Below, one piece after another: positions 1 to 9,032 of a DNA stretch of 35,548 nucleotides; within the stretch, counting starts at the first letter, position 1, and every line of letters starts with the position of its first letter. Under the pieces are notes generated by a model. The model worked only from the letters and a program-made list of their open reading frames with translations. It was not told the origin of the DNA and did no database searches. The stretch comes from Bacillota bacterium. GTDB lineage: Bacteria; Bacillota; Sulfobacillia; JAJZYS01. The DNA lies in assembly GCA_021797925.1 (NCBI GenBank), contig JAJZYS010000002.1:1-35548 (forward strand). The letters run 5' to 3'. Both the position numbers and the translations under genes were made by a program.

Positions 1-1334
1 GGATCGGCATGGCGCACAACATCCCCACATACCTGATGGCCGGGTCCTTCATCGCCCTGGGCATGTCCTGGTGGGTCGCGGTCCTCACCGTGCTCATCGG
101 GAACCTCATCGTGCTCGTCCCCATTCTGCTCAACAGCCACCCCGGCACGAAGTATGGCATTCCCTTCCCGGTCCTCTGCCGGGCCTCCTTCGGCGTATTT
201 GGGGCGAACATCCCAGCCATGCTGCGGGCCGTGGTCGCCGCGGGCTGGTTCGGGATCGAGTCGTTCATCGGCGGGCAAGCCCTCAACGCCATGATCGCCA
301 GCGTCGCCCCGGGATTTCCCAACCTCCTCGGGGGCGCCGGCTTCGCCGGGATGAGCGTGTCCATGTGGATCACCTTCCTGGCGTTCTGGGGCCTGAACAT
401 CTGGATCATCTATCATGGAATGGAAGCAATCCGCCGCTTCGAATGGTGGGCGGGGCCGCTGGTGCTCCTCCTGGCGATCGGGCTGCTCACCTGGGCCATC
501 TCCGCCGCCCACGGCCTGGGTCCCATCCTGAGCCAGCCCAGCAAGCCCGGGGCCGGCGCGGTCTTCATCCCCTCGCTCGTGGGCGTGATCGCCTTCTGGG
601 CGACGCTCTCCCTGAACATCCCCGACTTCACGCGCTTCGCCCGCAGCCAGCGCGACCAGTGGGTGGGGCAGACCGTGGCGCTGCCCACGACCATGGCGGT
701 CTTCGCCGGTTTCGGGGTCCTCATCACCTCGGCGTCCATGGTGGTCTACCACAAGGCCATCTGGAATCCGGTGGTCCTCATGGGCCAGTTCCACAACACC
801 TTCGTCGAGTTCATCGGGCTGGGCGCCATCGTGCTGGCGACCCTCTCGGTGAACGTGGCCGCCAACGTCGTCTCGCCCTCGTACGACATCTCGAACCTCT
901 TCCCCCGCCGGCTCAGGTTCGAGCACGGGGGCCTCATCACGGGCATCGCCGCCATCCTCATGGTGCCGTGGAAGCTCATGTCCGACCCGCACATCTACAT
1001 CTTCGACTGGCTCGGGATCTACGGCGGGGCGCTCGGGCCCATCGCCGCCATCCTCATCGCCGACTACTGGGTGTTCCGCCGGCGCACCCTGGCCCTCAGG
1101 GACCTCTATGAGGTGCAGGGCCGCTACCGCTACACGGGAGGTTTCAACTGGAACGCCATCGTGGCCCTGGCGGCGGGCATCTTCGTGGCCCTCATCGGCG
1201 ACGTGGTCCCGGCGCTGGCGGGGCTCGCCACCTACAGCTGGTTCGTGGGCTTCGCCGTCTCCTTCGGAGTCTACCTCGGACTCATGTACAGCCGCTCCGG
1301 CGCCACGACCCTGGTGCCCGAGGTCTCGACCTGA
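1..1334 (+). CDS. NCS1-family nucleobase/hydantoin/allantoin:cation symporter, 5' end cut by window edge
   Basis: The reading frame of ORF 9..1334 is open back to base 1. The protein is polytopic and hydrophobic with NCS1-like core segments (NIPTYLMAGSFIALGMSWW, GTKYGIPFPVLCRASFG). At 441 aa it is shorter than typical NCS1 proteins, consistent with N-terminal truncation. It lies next to pyrimidine/hydantoin catabolic genes. Confidence 0.8.
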   Translation, partial: IGMAHNIPTYLMAGSFIALGMSWWVAVLTVLIGNLIVLVPILLNSHPGTKYGIPFPVLCRASFGVFGANIPAMLRAVVAAGWFGIESFIGGQALNAMIASVAPGFPNLLGGAGFAGMSVSMWITFLAFWGLNIWIIYHGMEAIRRFEWWAGPLVLLLAIGLLTWAISAAHGLGPILSQPSKPGAGAVFIPSLVGVIAFWATLSLNIPDFTRFARSQRDQWVGQTVALPTTMAVFAGFGVLITSASMVVYHKAIWNPVVLMGQFHNTFVEFIGLGAIVLATLSVNVAANVVSPSYDISNLFPRRLRFEHGGLITGIAAILMVPWKLMSDPHIYIFDWLGIYGGALGPIAAILIADYWVFRRRTLALRDLYEVQGRYRYTGGFNWNAIVALAAGIFVALIGDVVPALAGLATYSWFVGFAVSFGVYLGLMYSRSGATTLVPEVST

Positions 1335-1345
1335 TCGCTGCTGTG

Positions 1346-1388
1346 GACGGAGCGAGGCCGGCGGCACTGCCGCCGGCCTCGCTCGTCC
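1346..1388 (+). terminator. GC-rich hairpin after the permease gene (putative intrinsic terminator, no U-tract)
   Basis: Perfect 15-bp stem GAGCGAGGCCGGCGG (1350-1364) / CCGCCGGCCTCGCTC (1370-1384) with loop CACTG. It can extend by GAC/GTC across one bulge. It starts 12 nt after the TGA stop at 1332-1334. Confidence 0.55.
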
Positions 1389-1743
1389 GTCCCCGCCGCA
1401 ACGCGACCGCGGACGGCTCGCCGGTCGGGGGCAGCCGCTGGCGCCCAGCGCCACCGCGAGCCCGGCCCGCGCCGTGTCCGAGCCCTGGGGCCGGCCGCGA
1501 GCGCGCGGTGCGCGCCCGTCCTTTCCCGCGCGTCGACGGCGGTGCCCGGGTCCGGGTCCGCGGCAGGCATTGCGGCGTGGGCCCCGTATCTTCCATGCGG
1601 GCGGGTCGCCTCGTGGCGGCCGGCCCGGGAGGCGTCGCCAGATTTGTGACCGGAAAGGAAGGAACCGTGCTGCTGACCATGTGCAGGGTTCGCGCCCACC
1701 TCGTCGTGCGCACCCGGTTTCCGGGAACGGGCTTGGAGCGGGC

Positions 1744-2526
1744 GTGGCGTTGAGCGAGGAGCGGGTGCGCCGGATCGATCACGACGGCTACTGCGAGGTG
1801 CTGTTCGACCGTCCCGAAGCCCAGAACGCCGTCACCGCGGCCATGTGGGAGCGGCTCACCGCCATCCTGAGCCCCCTGGTGGAGGATCCTCCGGGGCTTG
1901 TCCTCCTGCGGGGGTCCCACTGGAATCCCTTCACCGCGGGTTCCGACGTCAAGGAGTGGACCACCCTGCCCCTGACGGCGGTGGACCATTCGTTCGGGGC
2001 CATGGAGCACGCGATCGCCCAGCTCACCGCCGTCGCCTGTCCCGTGCTGGCCGCGGTGGACGGCTACGCCCTAGGAGGCGGGTTCGAGCTTTGCCTGGCG
2101 GCGGACCTGAGGATCGGCACCGAGCGCGCCCGTTTCGGCATGCCCATCGCGCGCTTCGGCATCATGCTCTCGCCGGCCATCGCCCGGCGCCTCGTGGACG
2201 TGCTGGGCCCGGCCCGCAGCCTCGACCTCCTGTACACCGGCCGCCTCCTCGACGGCCGGGAGGCTCTGGACGTGGGGATCCTCAACTATCTCGCCCCGCC
2301 TGAAGAGCTGCAGTCGCGGACCGAGGAGCTCATCCGCCGGATCCTCGACCAGTCCCCGGCGTCCCTGCGGGCCGCCAAGCGGTCGGTGAGCCTGTGCCTG
2401 CCCAGCACCCCTCCGCCCCGGGCGGGGGAGCTGCCGTATTTCGTCGAACCCGGGGAGTTCCAGGCGCGGGTGGCCAGGTTTCTGCACCGCGAGCGCCCGG
2501 AGGGCGGGGCGCGAGAGGACATCTAG
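1744..2526 (+). CDS. enoyl-CoA hydratase/isomerase (crotonase) family protein
   Basis: The C-terminal 260 aa of ORF 1108..2526 carry crotonase hallmarks: FDRPEAQNAV, AAVDGYALGGGFELCLAADLRIG and the following helix region. I chose the GTG at 1744 (GGAG 7 nt upstream); TTG at 1750 is an alternative. The upstream 212 codons are Arg/Pro-rich junk. Confidence 0.8.
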   Translation: MALSEERVRRIDHDGYCEVLFDRPEAQNAVTAAMWERLTAILSPLVEDPPGLVLLRGSHWNPFTAGSDVKEWTTLPLTAVDHSFGAMEHAIAQLTAVACPVLAAVDGYALGGGFELCLAADLRIGTERARFGMPIARFGIMLSPAIARRLVDVLGPARSLDLLYTGRLLDGREALDVGILNYLAPPEELQSRTEELIRRILDQSPASLRAAKRSVSLCLPSTPPPRAGELPYFVEPGEFQARVARFLHRERPEGGAREDI

Positions 2527-2548
2527 CGGCGGGCGGAGAATGCATCCC

Positions 2549-2621
2549 TTCCGGTGAACATCGCCGGAACGGTGCGGGGCAACCCGGTACCGAACGGGCG
2601 ATGCTCGCCTCATTTCCGGAA
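2549..2621 (+). promoter_or_regulatory. candidate operator/promoter region of the pyrimidine-catabolic operon
   Basis: Inverted repeat TTCCGG-N9-CCGGAA (2549-2569) plus a second perfect palindrome TTCCGGAA (2614-2621) that overlaps an AT-rich GAATAT/TATCAA -10-like stretch. It lies about 30 nt upstream of the GTG start at 2648. Confidence 0.3.
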
Positions 2622-2647
2622 TATCAATGCAGAAGAGGTGACCCAGC

Positions 2648-3535
2648 GTGGGGCGAGTGGTGCGGGTGGGACTCATCCAGGCCCGGCACGAGGTTCCCGG
2701 GGAGGAGCCGGTCAAGGTCCACAAGGAGCGGGCGATCGAGAAGCATCTGCGGCTGATCGACGAGGCCCACGAACGCGGAGCCCAGGTGGTGTGCCTGCAG
2801 GAGGTGTTCTACGGCCCGTACTTCTGCGCCGAGCAGAAGCCCAAGTGGTACGAGGCCACCGAACCCATCCCCGACGGGCCCACCATCCGGCTCATGCAGG
2901 AGAAGGCCCGCGCCACGGGCATGGTCATGATCGTACCCATCTACGAGATGGACGGGACCGGAGTCTACTACAACACCGCCGCGGTGATCGACGCGGACGG
3001 CCGGTACGTGGGCAAGTACCGCAAGTCCCACATCCCCCAGGTCCAGGCTGGCCCCGACCCTGAGACGGGGTTCTGGGAGAAGTACTACTTCCGTCCCGGC
3101 AACCTGGGCTACCCGGTGTTCACCACCGCCGTGGGGAAGATCGGCGTGTACATCTGCTACGACCGGCACTTTCCCGAGGGCGCCCGGGCGCTGGGGCTCG
3201 GGGGCGCGGAGATCGTCTTCAACCCCTCGGCCACGGTGGCGGGGCTGTCCAAGTACCTGTGGAAGCTGGAGCAGCCCGCCCACGCGGTGGCCAATGGGTA
3301 TTTCGTGGGGGCCATCAACCGGGTGGGGATGGAGTCGCCGTGGAACATGGGCGACTTCTACGGCGAGAGCTACCTCTGCGACCCCCGGGGTCAGATGGTG
3401 GCCGTGGGCAGCCCCGACCGGGACGAGGTGGTCATCGGGGACGCCAACCTCGACCTCATCCGCGAGGTGCGCGAGACGTGGCAGTTCTTCCGCGACCGGC
3501 GTCCCGAAACGTACCAGGCTCTGACGGCCCTGTAG
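2648..3535 (+). CDS. beta-ureidopropionase / N-carbamoyl-amino-acid amidohydrolase (nitrilase superfamily)
   Basis: 295 aa. Carbon-nitrogen hydrolase Glu-Lys-Cys signature context: VVCLQEVF (Glu), GKYRKSHIP (Lys), GVYICYDRHFPE (Cys). GTG start with GAAGAGG Shine-Dalgarno. Operon context with dihydropyrimidinase and PreTA. Confidence 0.85.
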   Translation: MGRVVRVGLIQARHEVPGEEPVKVHKERAIEKHLRLIDEAHERGAQVVCLQEVFYGPYFCAEQKPKWYEATEPIPDGPTIRLMQEKARATGMVMIVPIYEMDGTGVYYNTAAVIDADGRYVGKYRKSHIPQVQAGPDPETGFWEKYYFRPGNLGYPVFTTAVGKIGVYICYDRHFPEGARALGLGGAEIVFNPSATVAGLSKYLWKLEQPAHAVANGYFVGAINRVGMESPWNMGDFYGESYLCDPRGQMVAVGSPDRDEVVIGDANLDLIREVRETWQFFRDRRPETYQALTAL

Positions 3536-3545
3536 GAGGCATTCG

Positions 3546-4862
3546 ATGAACAGCGCAGCGACCGACGCCCAGGACGTGCGCCGGCGGCACCGAGAGTACC
3601 TGGTGCCAGCGGTGTCCACCTACTACGCGGAGAGCGTCGTGGTGAAGGAGGCCCGGGGACTGAGGGTCACCGACCTCGACGGCCGCACCTACCTCGACTT
3701 CTTCGGGGGCATCCTCACGGTCTCGGTGGGCCACGCCCATCCCCGGGTCGCCGACGCCATCGCGGAGCAGGCACGCACCTTCATGCACACCTCGACCCTG
3801 TATCCCAACGCGCCCATCGTGGATCTGGCGGAGCGGCTGGCGCGCATCACCCCGGGCGCCCTGCGCCAGAGCTTCTTCACCACCAGCGGCACCGAGGCGG
3901 ACGAGACGGCGCTGCTCATGGCGAAGCTCTACACGGGCCGCAGCGAGGTCGTGGCCCTGCGCCACAGCTACTCCGGCCGCTCCACCCTGGCGATGAGCCT
4001 CACCGGGCAGGCGCCCTGGCGCCTGGGCCCCACCGAGGTCCCGGGGATCCGCCACGCCCACGCCCCCTACTGCTACCGCTGCCCCTTCGGGAAGGTGGCG
4101 GGCAAGTGCAACTACGAGTGCGCCCGCGACATCGAGGAACTCATCGCCACCACCACCCACGGGGAGATCGCGGCGTTCATCGCCGAGCCGATCATGGGGG
4201 TGGGCGGGTTCATCACGCCCCCGCCCCAGTACTTCGAGATCGCGGTGGAGATCGTGCGCCGGCACGGGGGCGTGTTCATCGCCGACGAGGTCCAGACCGG
4301 CTTCGGCCGTACCGGCAAGCCCTTCGGCATCGAGAACTACGGGGTGGAGCCCGAACTGATGACCTTTGCCAAGGGCCTGGCCAACGGCGCGCCCATCGGC
4401 GCCACCATCGCCGTCCCCGAGGTGGGCGCCGCGATGAAGGGCGCCAGCATCTCCACCTTCGGGGGCAACCCCATGTCCATGCGCGCGGCGCTGGCCACCC
4501 TGGACGTCATGGAGGAGGAGAATCTCACCGACAACGCCGCCCGGGAGGGCCAGCGGCTGCGGGCGGGGCTCGAGGAGCTGCAGCGCCGGTTCCCGGTGTT
4601 GGGGGACGTGCGCGGGATGGGACTGATGCAGGCCCTGGAGTTCGTGCGCGCCGAGAAGGCGCCGGCTCCGGACCTGGTGCTGGAGTTCTTCGAGGCCACC
4701 AAGGAGCGCGGCCTCCTTCTGGGCAAGGGGGGCCTGTACGGCAACGTGGTGCGCATCGCCCCGCCCATGACGGTCTCGCCCGCCGAGACCGACGAGGCGC
4801 TGCTCATCATCGCCGAGGCGCTGGAGGCGCTGTACCGGCAGCACCCGGAGCTGGCCGCCTGA
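3546..4862 (+). CDS. class-III PLP aminotransferase (beta-alanine/beta-aminoisobutyrate:oxoacid type)
   Basis: 438 aa. Motifs SGTEADETALLMAK, FIADEVQTGFGRTG and the PLP-lysine context LMTFAKGLANG. GGAGG Shine-Dalgarno 6 nt upstream of the ATG. Confidence 0.85.
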   Translation: MNSAATDAQDVRRRHREYLVPAVSTYYAESVVVKEARGLRVTDLDGRTYLDFFGGILTVSVGHAHPRVADAIAEQARTFMHTSTLYPNAPIVDLAERLARITPGALRQSFFTTSGTEADETALLMAKLYTGRSEVVALRHSYSGRSTLAMSLTGQAPWRLGPTEVPGIRHAHAPYCYRCPFGKVAGKCNYECARDIEELIATTTHGEIAAFIAEPIMGVGGFITPPPQYFEIAVEIVRRHGGVFIADEVQTGFGRTGKPFGIENYGVEPELMTFAKGLANGAPIGATIAVPEVGAAMKGASISTFGGNPMSMRAALATLDVMEEENLTDNAAREGQRLRAGLEELQRRFPVLGDVRGMGLMQALEFVRAEKAPAPDLVLEFFEATKERGLLLGKGGLYGNVVRIAPPMTVSPAETDEALLIIAEALEALYRQHPELAA

Positions 4863-4887
4863 CATCATCTCCACGGGGGGGATCGCA

Positions 4888-6369
4888 ATGGCGCAGACGT
4901 ACGGCAACTTCATCGGCGGCCGCTGGCTCGCTCCCGACGCCGACGAGGGGTTCGAGGACCGTTCCCCCAGCGACCTGAGGGTGGTGCTGGGACGGTTTCC
5001 CCGCTCGGGGGCGGCCGAGGTGGACAAGGCCATCCAGGCCGCGGAGCGGGCGCTCCCCGGGTGGGCGAGGACGCCCGGGCCCAGCCGGGGCCGCGTGCTG
5101 CTCAGGGCGCATCAGATCTTCACCTCCCGCAAGGCGGAGCTTGCCGAGCTCATGGCCCGCGAGGAGGGCAAGATCCAGCGGGAGGCCCTGGGCGAGATCC
5201 AGAAGGGGCTGAACCTCCTCGAGTACTACGCGGGCGAAGGCCTGCGCATGGAGGGGGTCACGGCGCCGTCGGAGCTGCCGAGCAACCTGCTGCTGACCCT
5301 TCGCCAGCCGCTGGGGGTGGTGGCCGTCATCACCCCGTGGAACTTTCCCTTTGCCATCCCCATCTGGAAGCTTGCGCCGGCGCTGGTGACCGGCAACACC
5401 GTGGTCATGAAGCCGGCGTCGGCGACGCCGCTCATGGCGGTGCGCATCGCCGAGGTCTTCCAGGAGGCGGGGCTCCCGGACGGCGTGCTGAACCTCGTCT
5501 TCGGCGGGGGCGGCGCGGTGGGGGATCCCCTCGTGGACGATCCGCGGGTGCGGGCGGTCTCCTTCACCGGTTCCAACGCCGTCGGCCAGCGCCTGGCGAC
5601 CCGGGCGGCCGGCCGACTGGCCAAGGTGACCCTGGAACTGGGCGGCAAGAACGCGGTCGTGGTGATGGACGACGCGGACCTGGAACTGGCGGCGGCCGGG
5701 GTCGCCGACGGGGCCTTCGGGTCCACGGGCCAGCGCTGCACGGCGACCTCGCGGCTTTTGGTCCACGAGCGCGTGGAGCCCAAGGTCACCGAGCTCGTGG
5801 CCCAGGCGGCGCGGTCGCTGCGCGTGGGGCCGAGCCTCGACCCCGAGACCACCCTGGGACCGGTGGTGGACGAGACCCAGCTGGAGCAGAACCTCGCGGC
5901 GGTGGCCACCGCCATCCGGGAGGGCGCCGAGCCCGTGCTCGAGGGCCGGCGTGTCACCGAGGGCGAGCACGCCCACGGGCTGTTCATGACGCCCGCGATC
6001 TTCCGGCGCGTCGACCCCGGCTCGACGCTGGCCCAGGAAGAGGTGTTCGGCCCCGTCCTGGCGGTCACCACCTTCTCGGACCTGGACGAGGCGGTCGCCC
6101 TGACCAACCGGGTGCGGTTCGGCCTGACGGCTTCCATTTACACCCGCAACATCAACCGCGCCCTGCGCTTCGTCGAGGACGCCCAGGTGGGGATGGTGCA
6201 CATCAACTCCCCCACCGTGGGCGGGGAGGCGGCGGTGCCGTTCGGCGGCGTCAAGGCCTCGGGTGCCGGCTTCCGGGAGATGGCCAAGGAGGGCGCGCTC
6301 TTTTTCACCGAGATCAAGACGGTGTTCATCGACTACACGGGCAGCCGTCGTTCCGGAAACCTGTACTGA
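4888..6369 (+). CDS. NAD(P)-dependent aldehyde dehydrogenase (likely malonate/methylmalonate-semialdehyde oxidising)
   Basis: 493 aa. ALDH motifs VITPWNFPFAI, the catalytic Glu in LELGGKN and the catalytic Cys in GQRCTATSR. The substrate is inferred from operon context only. Confidence 0.85.
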   Translation: MAQTYGNFIGGRWLAPDADEGFEDRSPSDLRVVLGRFPRSGAAEVDKAIQAAERALPGWARTPGPSRGRVLLRAHQIFTSRKAELAELMAREEGKIQREALGEIQKGLNLLEYYAGEGLRMEGVTAPSELPSNLLLTLRQPLGVVAVITPWNFPFAIPIWKLAPALVTGNTVVMKPASATPLMAVRIAEVFQEAGLPDGVLNLVFGGGGAVGDPLVDDPRVRAVSFTGSNAVGQRLATRAAGRLAKVTLELGGKNAVVVMDDADLELAAAGVADGAFGSTGQRCTATSRLLVHERVEPKVTELVAQAARSLRVGPSLDPETTLGPVVDETQLEQNLAAVATAIREGAEPVLEGRRVTEGEHAHGLFMTPAIFRRVDPGSTLAQEEVFGPVLAVTTFSDLDEAVALTNRVRFGLTASIYTRNINRALRFVEDAQVGMVHINSPTVGGEAAVPFGGVKASGAGFREMAKEGALFFTEIKTVFIDYTGSRRSGNLY

Positions 6370-6391
6370 CAACGGCGAGGAGGTTGGTGCC

Positions 6392-7720
6392 ATGGCGGAT
6401 CTGAAGGCGCGCACCACCGAGGAGGTGGTGGGGCCGCTGGATCCCGACGAGGCCGTCCAGGAGGCGAACCGGTGCCTGTACTGTTACGACGCTCCGTGCA
6501 TCCAGGGCTGCCCGACCCACATCGACATCCCGGTGTTCATCCGCGGCATCGCCACGGGCCACCTCAAGGGCGCCGCCCGCACGATCCTCGACGCCAACAT
6601 CCTGGGCGCGACCTGTGCCCGGGTCTGCCCCACCGAGGCGCTGTGCGAGGGCGCCTGCGTCGTGGGCAAGCACCAGCGCCCGGTGAGCATCGGCCGCCTC
6701 CAGCGCCACGCCACCGACTGGCTCGCCCAGCGAGGTGAGCAGCTCTTCACGCCCGGGTCCCCCACCGGCCGGCGGGTGGCCATCGTGGGCGCGGGGCCGG
6801 CGGGGCTCGGGTGCGCGTTCGAGCTGCGGCGGGCGGGCCACGCGGTGGTGATGTTCGAGTCGCGGCCCGAGGCGGGAGGCCTGGACACCTACGGCATCGT
6901 CTCCTATCGGCTTCCCGTCGCGGTGTCGCGCTGGGAGGTGGAGCAGGTGCGGGCCATGGGGGCCGAGATCCGCACCGGCGTCACCGTGGGCCGGGACGTG
7001 GCCTTCGCGGACCTCGTGCGCGACTACGACGCCGTGTTCCTGGCGGTGGGGCTTCGTCCGGGACCGAAGCTGGGCATCCCCGGCGAGGATCTTGCGGGCG
7101 TGTACGACGCGCTGGATCTCATCGAGCGGCACAAGCGCGACCAGTACGAGGGCGTCGAGCTGGGCGACCGGGTGGCGGTGATCGGGGCGGGCAACACGGC
7201 GGTGGACGCCGCCACCCTGGCGGTCCGGATGGGAGCGGCGGAGGTGATGATCCTCTACCGCCGGTCGGAGGCGGAGATGACCGCCTACCGGTACGAGTAC
7301 GAGTTCGCCAAGGAGGAAGGGGTCCACTACCACTTCCTCACCGCCCCCACCCGCATCCTGGGGGAGGGGCGGGTCACCGGGATCGAGTGCGTGCGCCAGA
7401 CGCTGGGCGAACCCGACGAGCGGGGCCGGCGCACGAGCGCTCCCGTGCCGGGGAGCGAGCACGTGTTCCAGGTGACCTCGGTCATCCGCGCCATCGGCCA
7501 GGCGCACCCGGGCCAGCTGTGGGAATCGTGGGGCCTGGAGCACCGGGGAGGGCGGCTCGTGGTGGACCCCGCCACGATGCGCACCTCGCATCCGCGGGTG
7601 TTTGCCGGTGGGGACGCGTCGGGCCTGACCCGGGACGTGACCGTGGTGGACGCGGTGGAGCAGGGAAAGCGCGCGGCCCACGCCATGGCCGCCGCGCTGG
7701 GAGAAGGGGAGGTGGCGTAG
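6392..7720 (+). CDS. preT: NAD-dependent dihydropyrimidine dehydrogenase subunit PreT (GltD-like FeS/FAD protein)
   Basis: ATG at 6392 in frame with ORF 6263..7720, preceded by GGAGG. Cys cluster motifs CLYCYDAPCIQGCP and CARVCPTEALCEGAC. Dinucleotide fold VAIVGAGPAGLGCA. Confidence 0.85.
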   Translation: MADLKARTTEEVVGPLDPDEAVQEANRCLYCYDAPCIQGCPTHIDIPVFIRGIATGHLKGAARTILDANILGATCARVCPTEALCEGACVVGKHQRPVSIGRLQRHATDWLAQRGEQLFTPGSPTGRRVAIVGAGPAGLGCAFELRRAGHAVVMFESRPEAGGLDTYGIVSYRLPVAVSRWEVEQVRAMGAEIRTGVTVGRDVAFADLVRDYDAVFLAVGLRPGPKLGIPGEDLAGVYDALDLIERHKRDQYEGVELGDRVAVIGAGNTAVDAATLAVRMGAAEVMILYRRSEAEMTAYRYEYEFAKEEGVHYHFLTAPTRILGEGRVTGIECVRQTLGEPDERGRRTSAPVPGSEHVFQVTSVIRAIGQAHPGQLWESWGLEHRGGRLVVDPATMRTSHPRVFAGGDASGLTRDVTVVDAVEQGKRAAHAMAAALGEGEVA

Positions 7721-8971
7721 ATGGCGGACATCTCCATCAACTTTGCCGGGATCACCAGTCCCAATCCGTTCTGGCTGGCGTCCGGGCCGCTCTCCAACAC
7801 CGGCTACCAGGTCCACCGCGCCTTCGAGGCCGGGTGGGGCGGCGCGGTGTGGAAGACCGTGGGCGAGCCCATCATCAACACCACGTCCCGGCTCGGCGGG
7901 ATGGACTACGGCAGCCGCCGGCTCGTGGGCCTGAACAACATCGAGCTCATCTCCGACCGACCCATCGAGGACAACCTGCGGGAGATCCGCGAGGTCAAGC
8001 GCGCGTGGCCGGACCGGGCGGTCATCGTCTCCCTCATGGTGGACTCGGACCCGGACATCTGGCACGACATCGTGCGGCGGGTGGTGGACACGGGCGCGGA
8101 CGGGATCGAGATGAACTTCGGCTGCCCCCACGGCATGTCGGAGCGGGGCATGGGCTCCGCCGTGGGCCAGGTGCCCGAGTACACCGAGCGCATCACCTCC
8201 TGGGCGGTGGAGGCGAGCGAGATCCCGGTGATCGTCAAGCTCACCCCCAACGTCACCGACGTGCGCTTCCCCGGGCGGGCCGCGGTGCGGGGCGGAGCCC
8301 ACGGGCTTAGCCTCATCAACACCATCAACTCGCTCATGGGGCTCGACGTCGACACGCTGCTGCCCATCCCCCACGTGGGCAACCAGGGCGCCCACGGCGG
8401 GTACTGCGGCCCGGCGGTCAAGCCCATCGCGCTGCACATGATCTCCTCCCTGGCCCGCGAGGCGGACATCCGCGTCCCCATCAGCGGGATCGGCGGGGTC
8501 GAGACCTGGCGCGACGCGGTGGAGTTCATCGCGCTCGGCTCCACCTCCGTCCAGGTGTGCACGGCGGCGATGCACTACGGCTTCAGGATGGTCCGCGACC
8601 TCACGGCCGGCCTTTCGGACTACCTCGACGAGCACGGCATTCCCTCGGTCATGGACCTTGTGGGCAGGGCCGTCCCCGCGGTCACCGACTGGGGGAACCT
8701 GGACCTCAATTACCGGGTCGTGGCCCGCATCGACGCCGAGAAGTGCATCGGGTGCAACCTCTGCCACATCGCCTGCGAGGACGGGGCGCACCAGTGCATC
8801 GACCGGATCCCGGGCCAGAGCGTCCCCAAGGTCGACGAGGACGAGTGCGTGGGCTGCAACCTGTGCGCCCTCGTGTGCCCCGTGGACGGGTGCATCACCA
8901 TGACGGAGGTTCCCACGGGCAAGCCGCCTCAGAGCTGGAACGAGCGCCAGAAGCTCATGGCGGGAGCGTGA
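7721..8971 (+). CDS. preA: dihydropyrimidine dehydrogenase subunit PreA (DHODH-like TIM barrel plus 2x[4Fe-4S] ferredoxin tail)
   Basis: 416 aa, starting on the base after the preT stop. Motifs MNFGCPHGM and LINTINS, plus a C-terminal CIGCNLCHIAC...CVGCNLCALVCP. Confidence 0.9.
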   Translation: MADISINFAGITSPNPFWLASGPLSNTGYQVHRAFEAGWGGAVWKTVGEPIINTTSRLGGMDYGSRRLVGLNNIELISDRPIEDNLREIREVKRAWPDRAVIVSLMVDSDPDIWHDIVRRVVDTGADGIEMNFGCPHGMSERGMGSAVGQVPEYTERITSWAVEASEIPVIVKLTPNVTDVRFPGRAAVRGGAHGLSLINTINSLMGLDVDTLLPIPHVGNQGAHGGYCGPAVKPIALHMISSLAREADIRVPISGIGGVETWRDAVEFIALGSTSVQVCTAAMHYGFRMVRDLTAGLSDYLDEHGIPSVMDLVGRAVPAVTDWGNLDLNYRVVARIDAEKCIGCNLCHIACEDGAHQCIDRIPGQSVPKVDEDECVGCNLCALVCPVDGCITMTEVPTGKPPQSWNERQKLMAGA

Positions 8972-9032
8972 CCTCGCCCCCGCCGGCCCACCCGCTTTCC
9001 GGCACGAGAACCTCAACGAGGAGGGCGATCCG

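Noticed and set aside
1108-1743. N-terminal 212-codon extension of the crotonase ORF, and overlapping ORFs in the 1335-1743 gap
   Set aside because: The sequence is Arg/Pro/Ser-rich and low-complexity, with no crotonase homology before VALSEERV. A GGAG Shine-Dalgarno precedes the internal GTG at 1744, and the permease terminator hairpin lies inside the extension.
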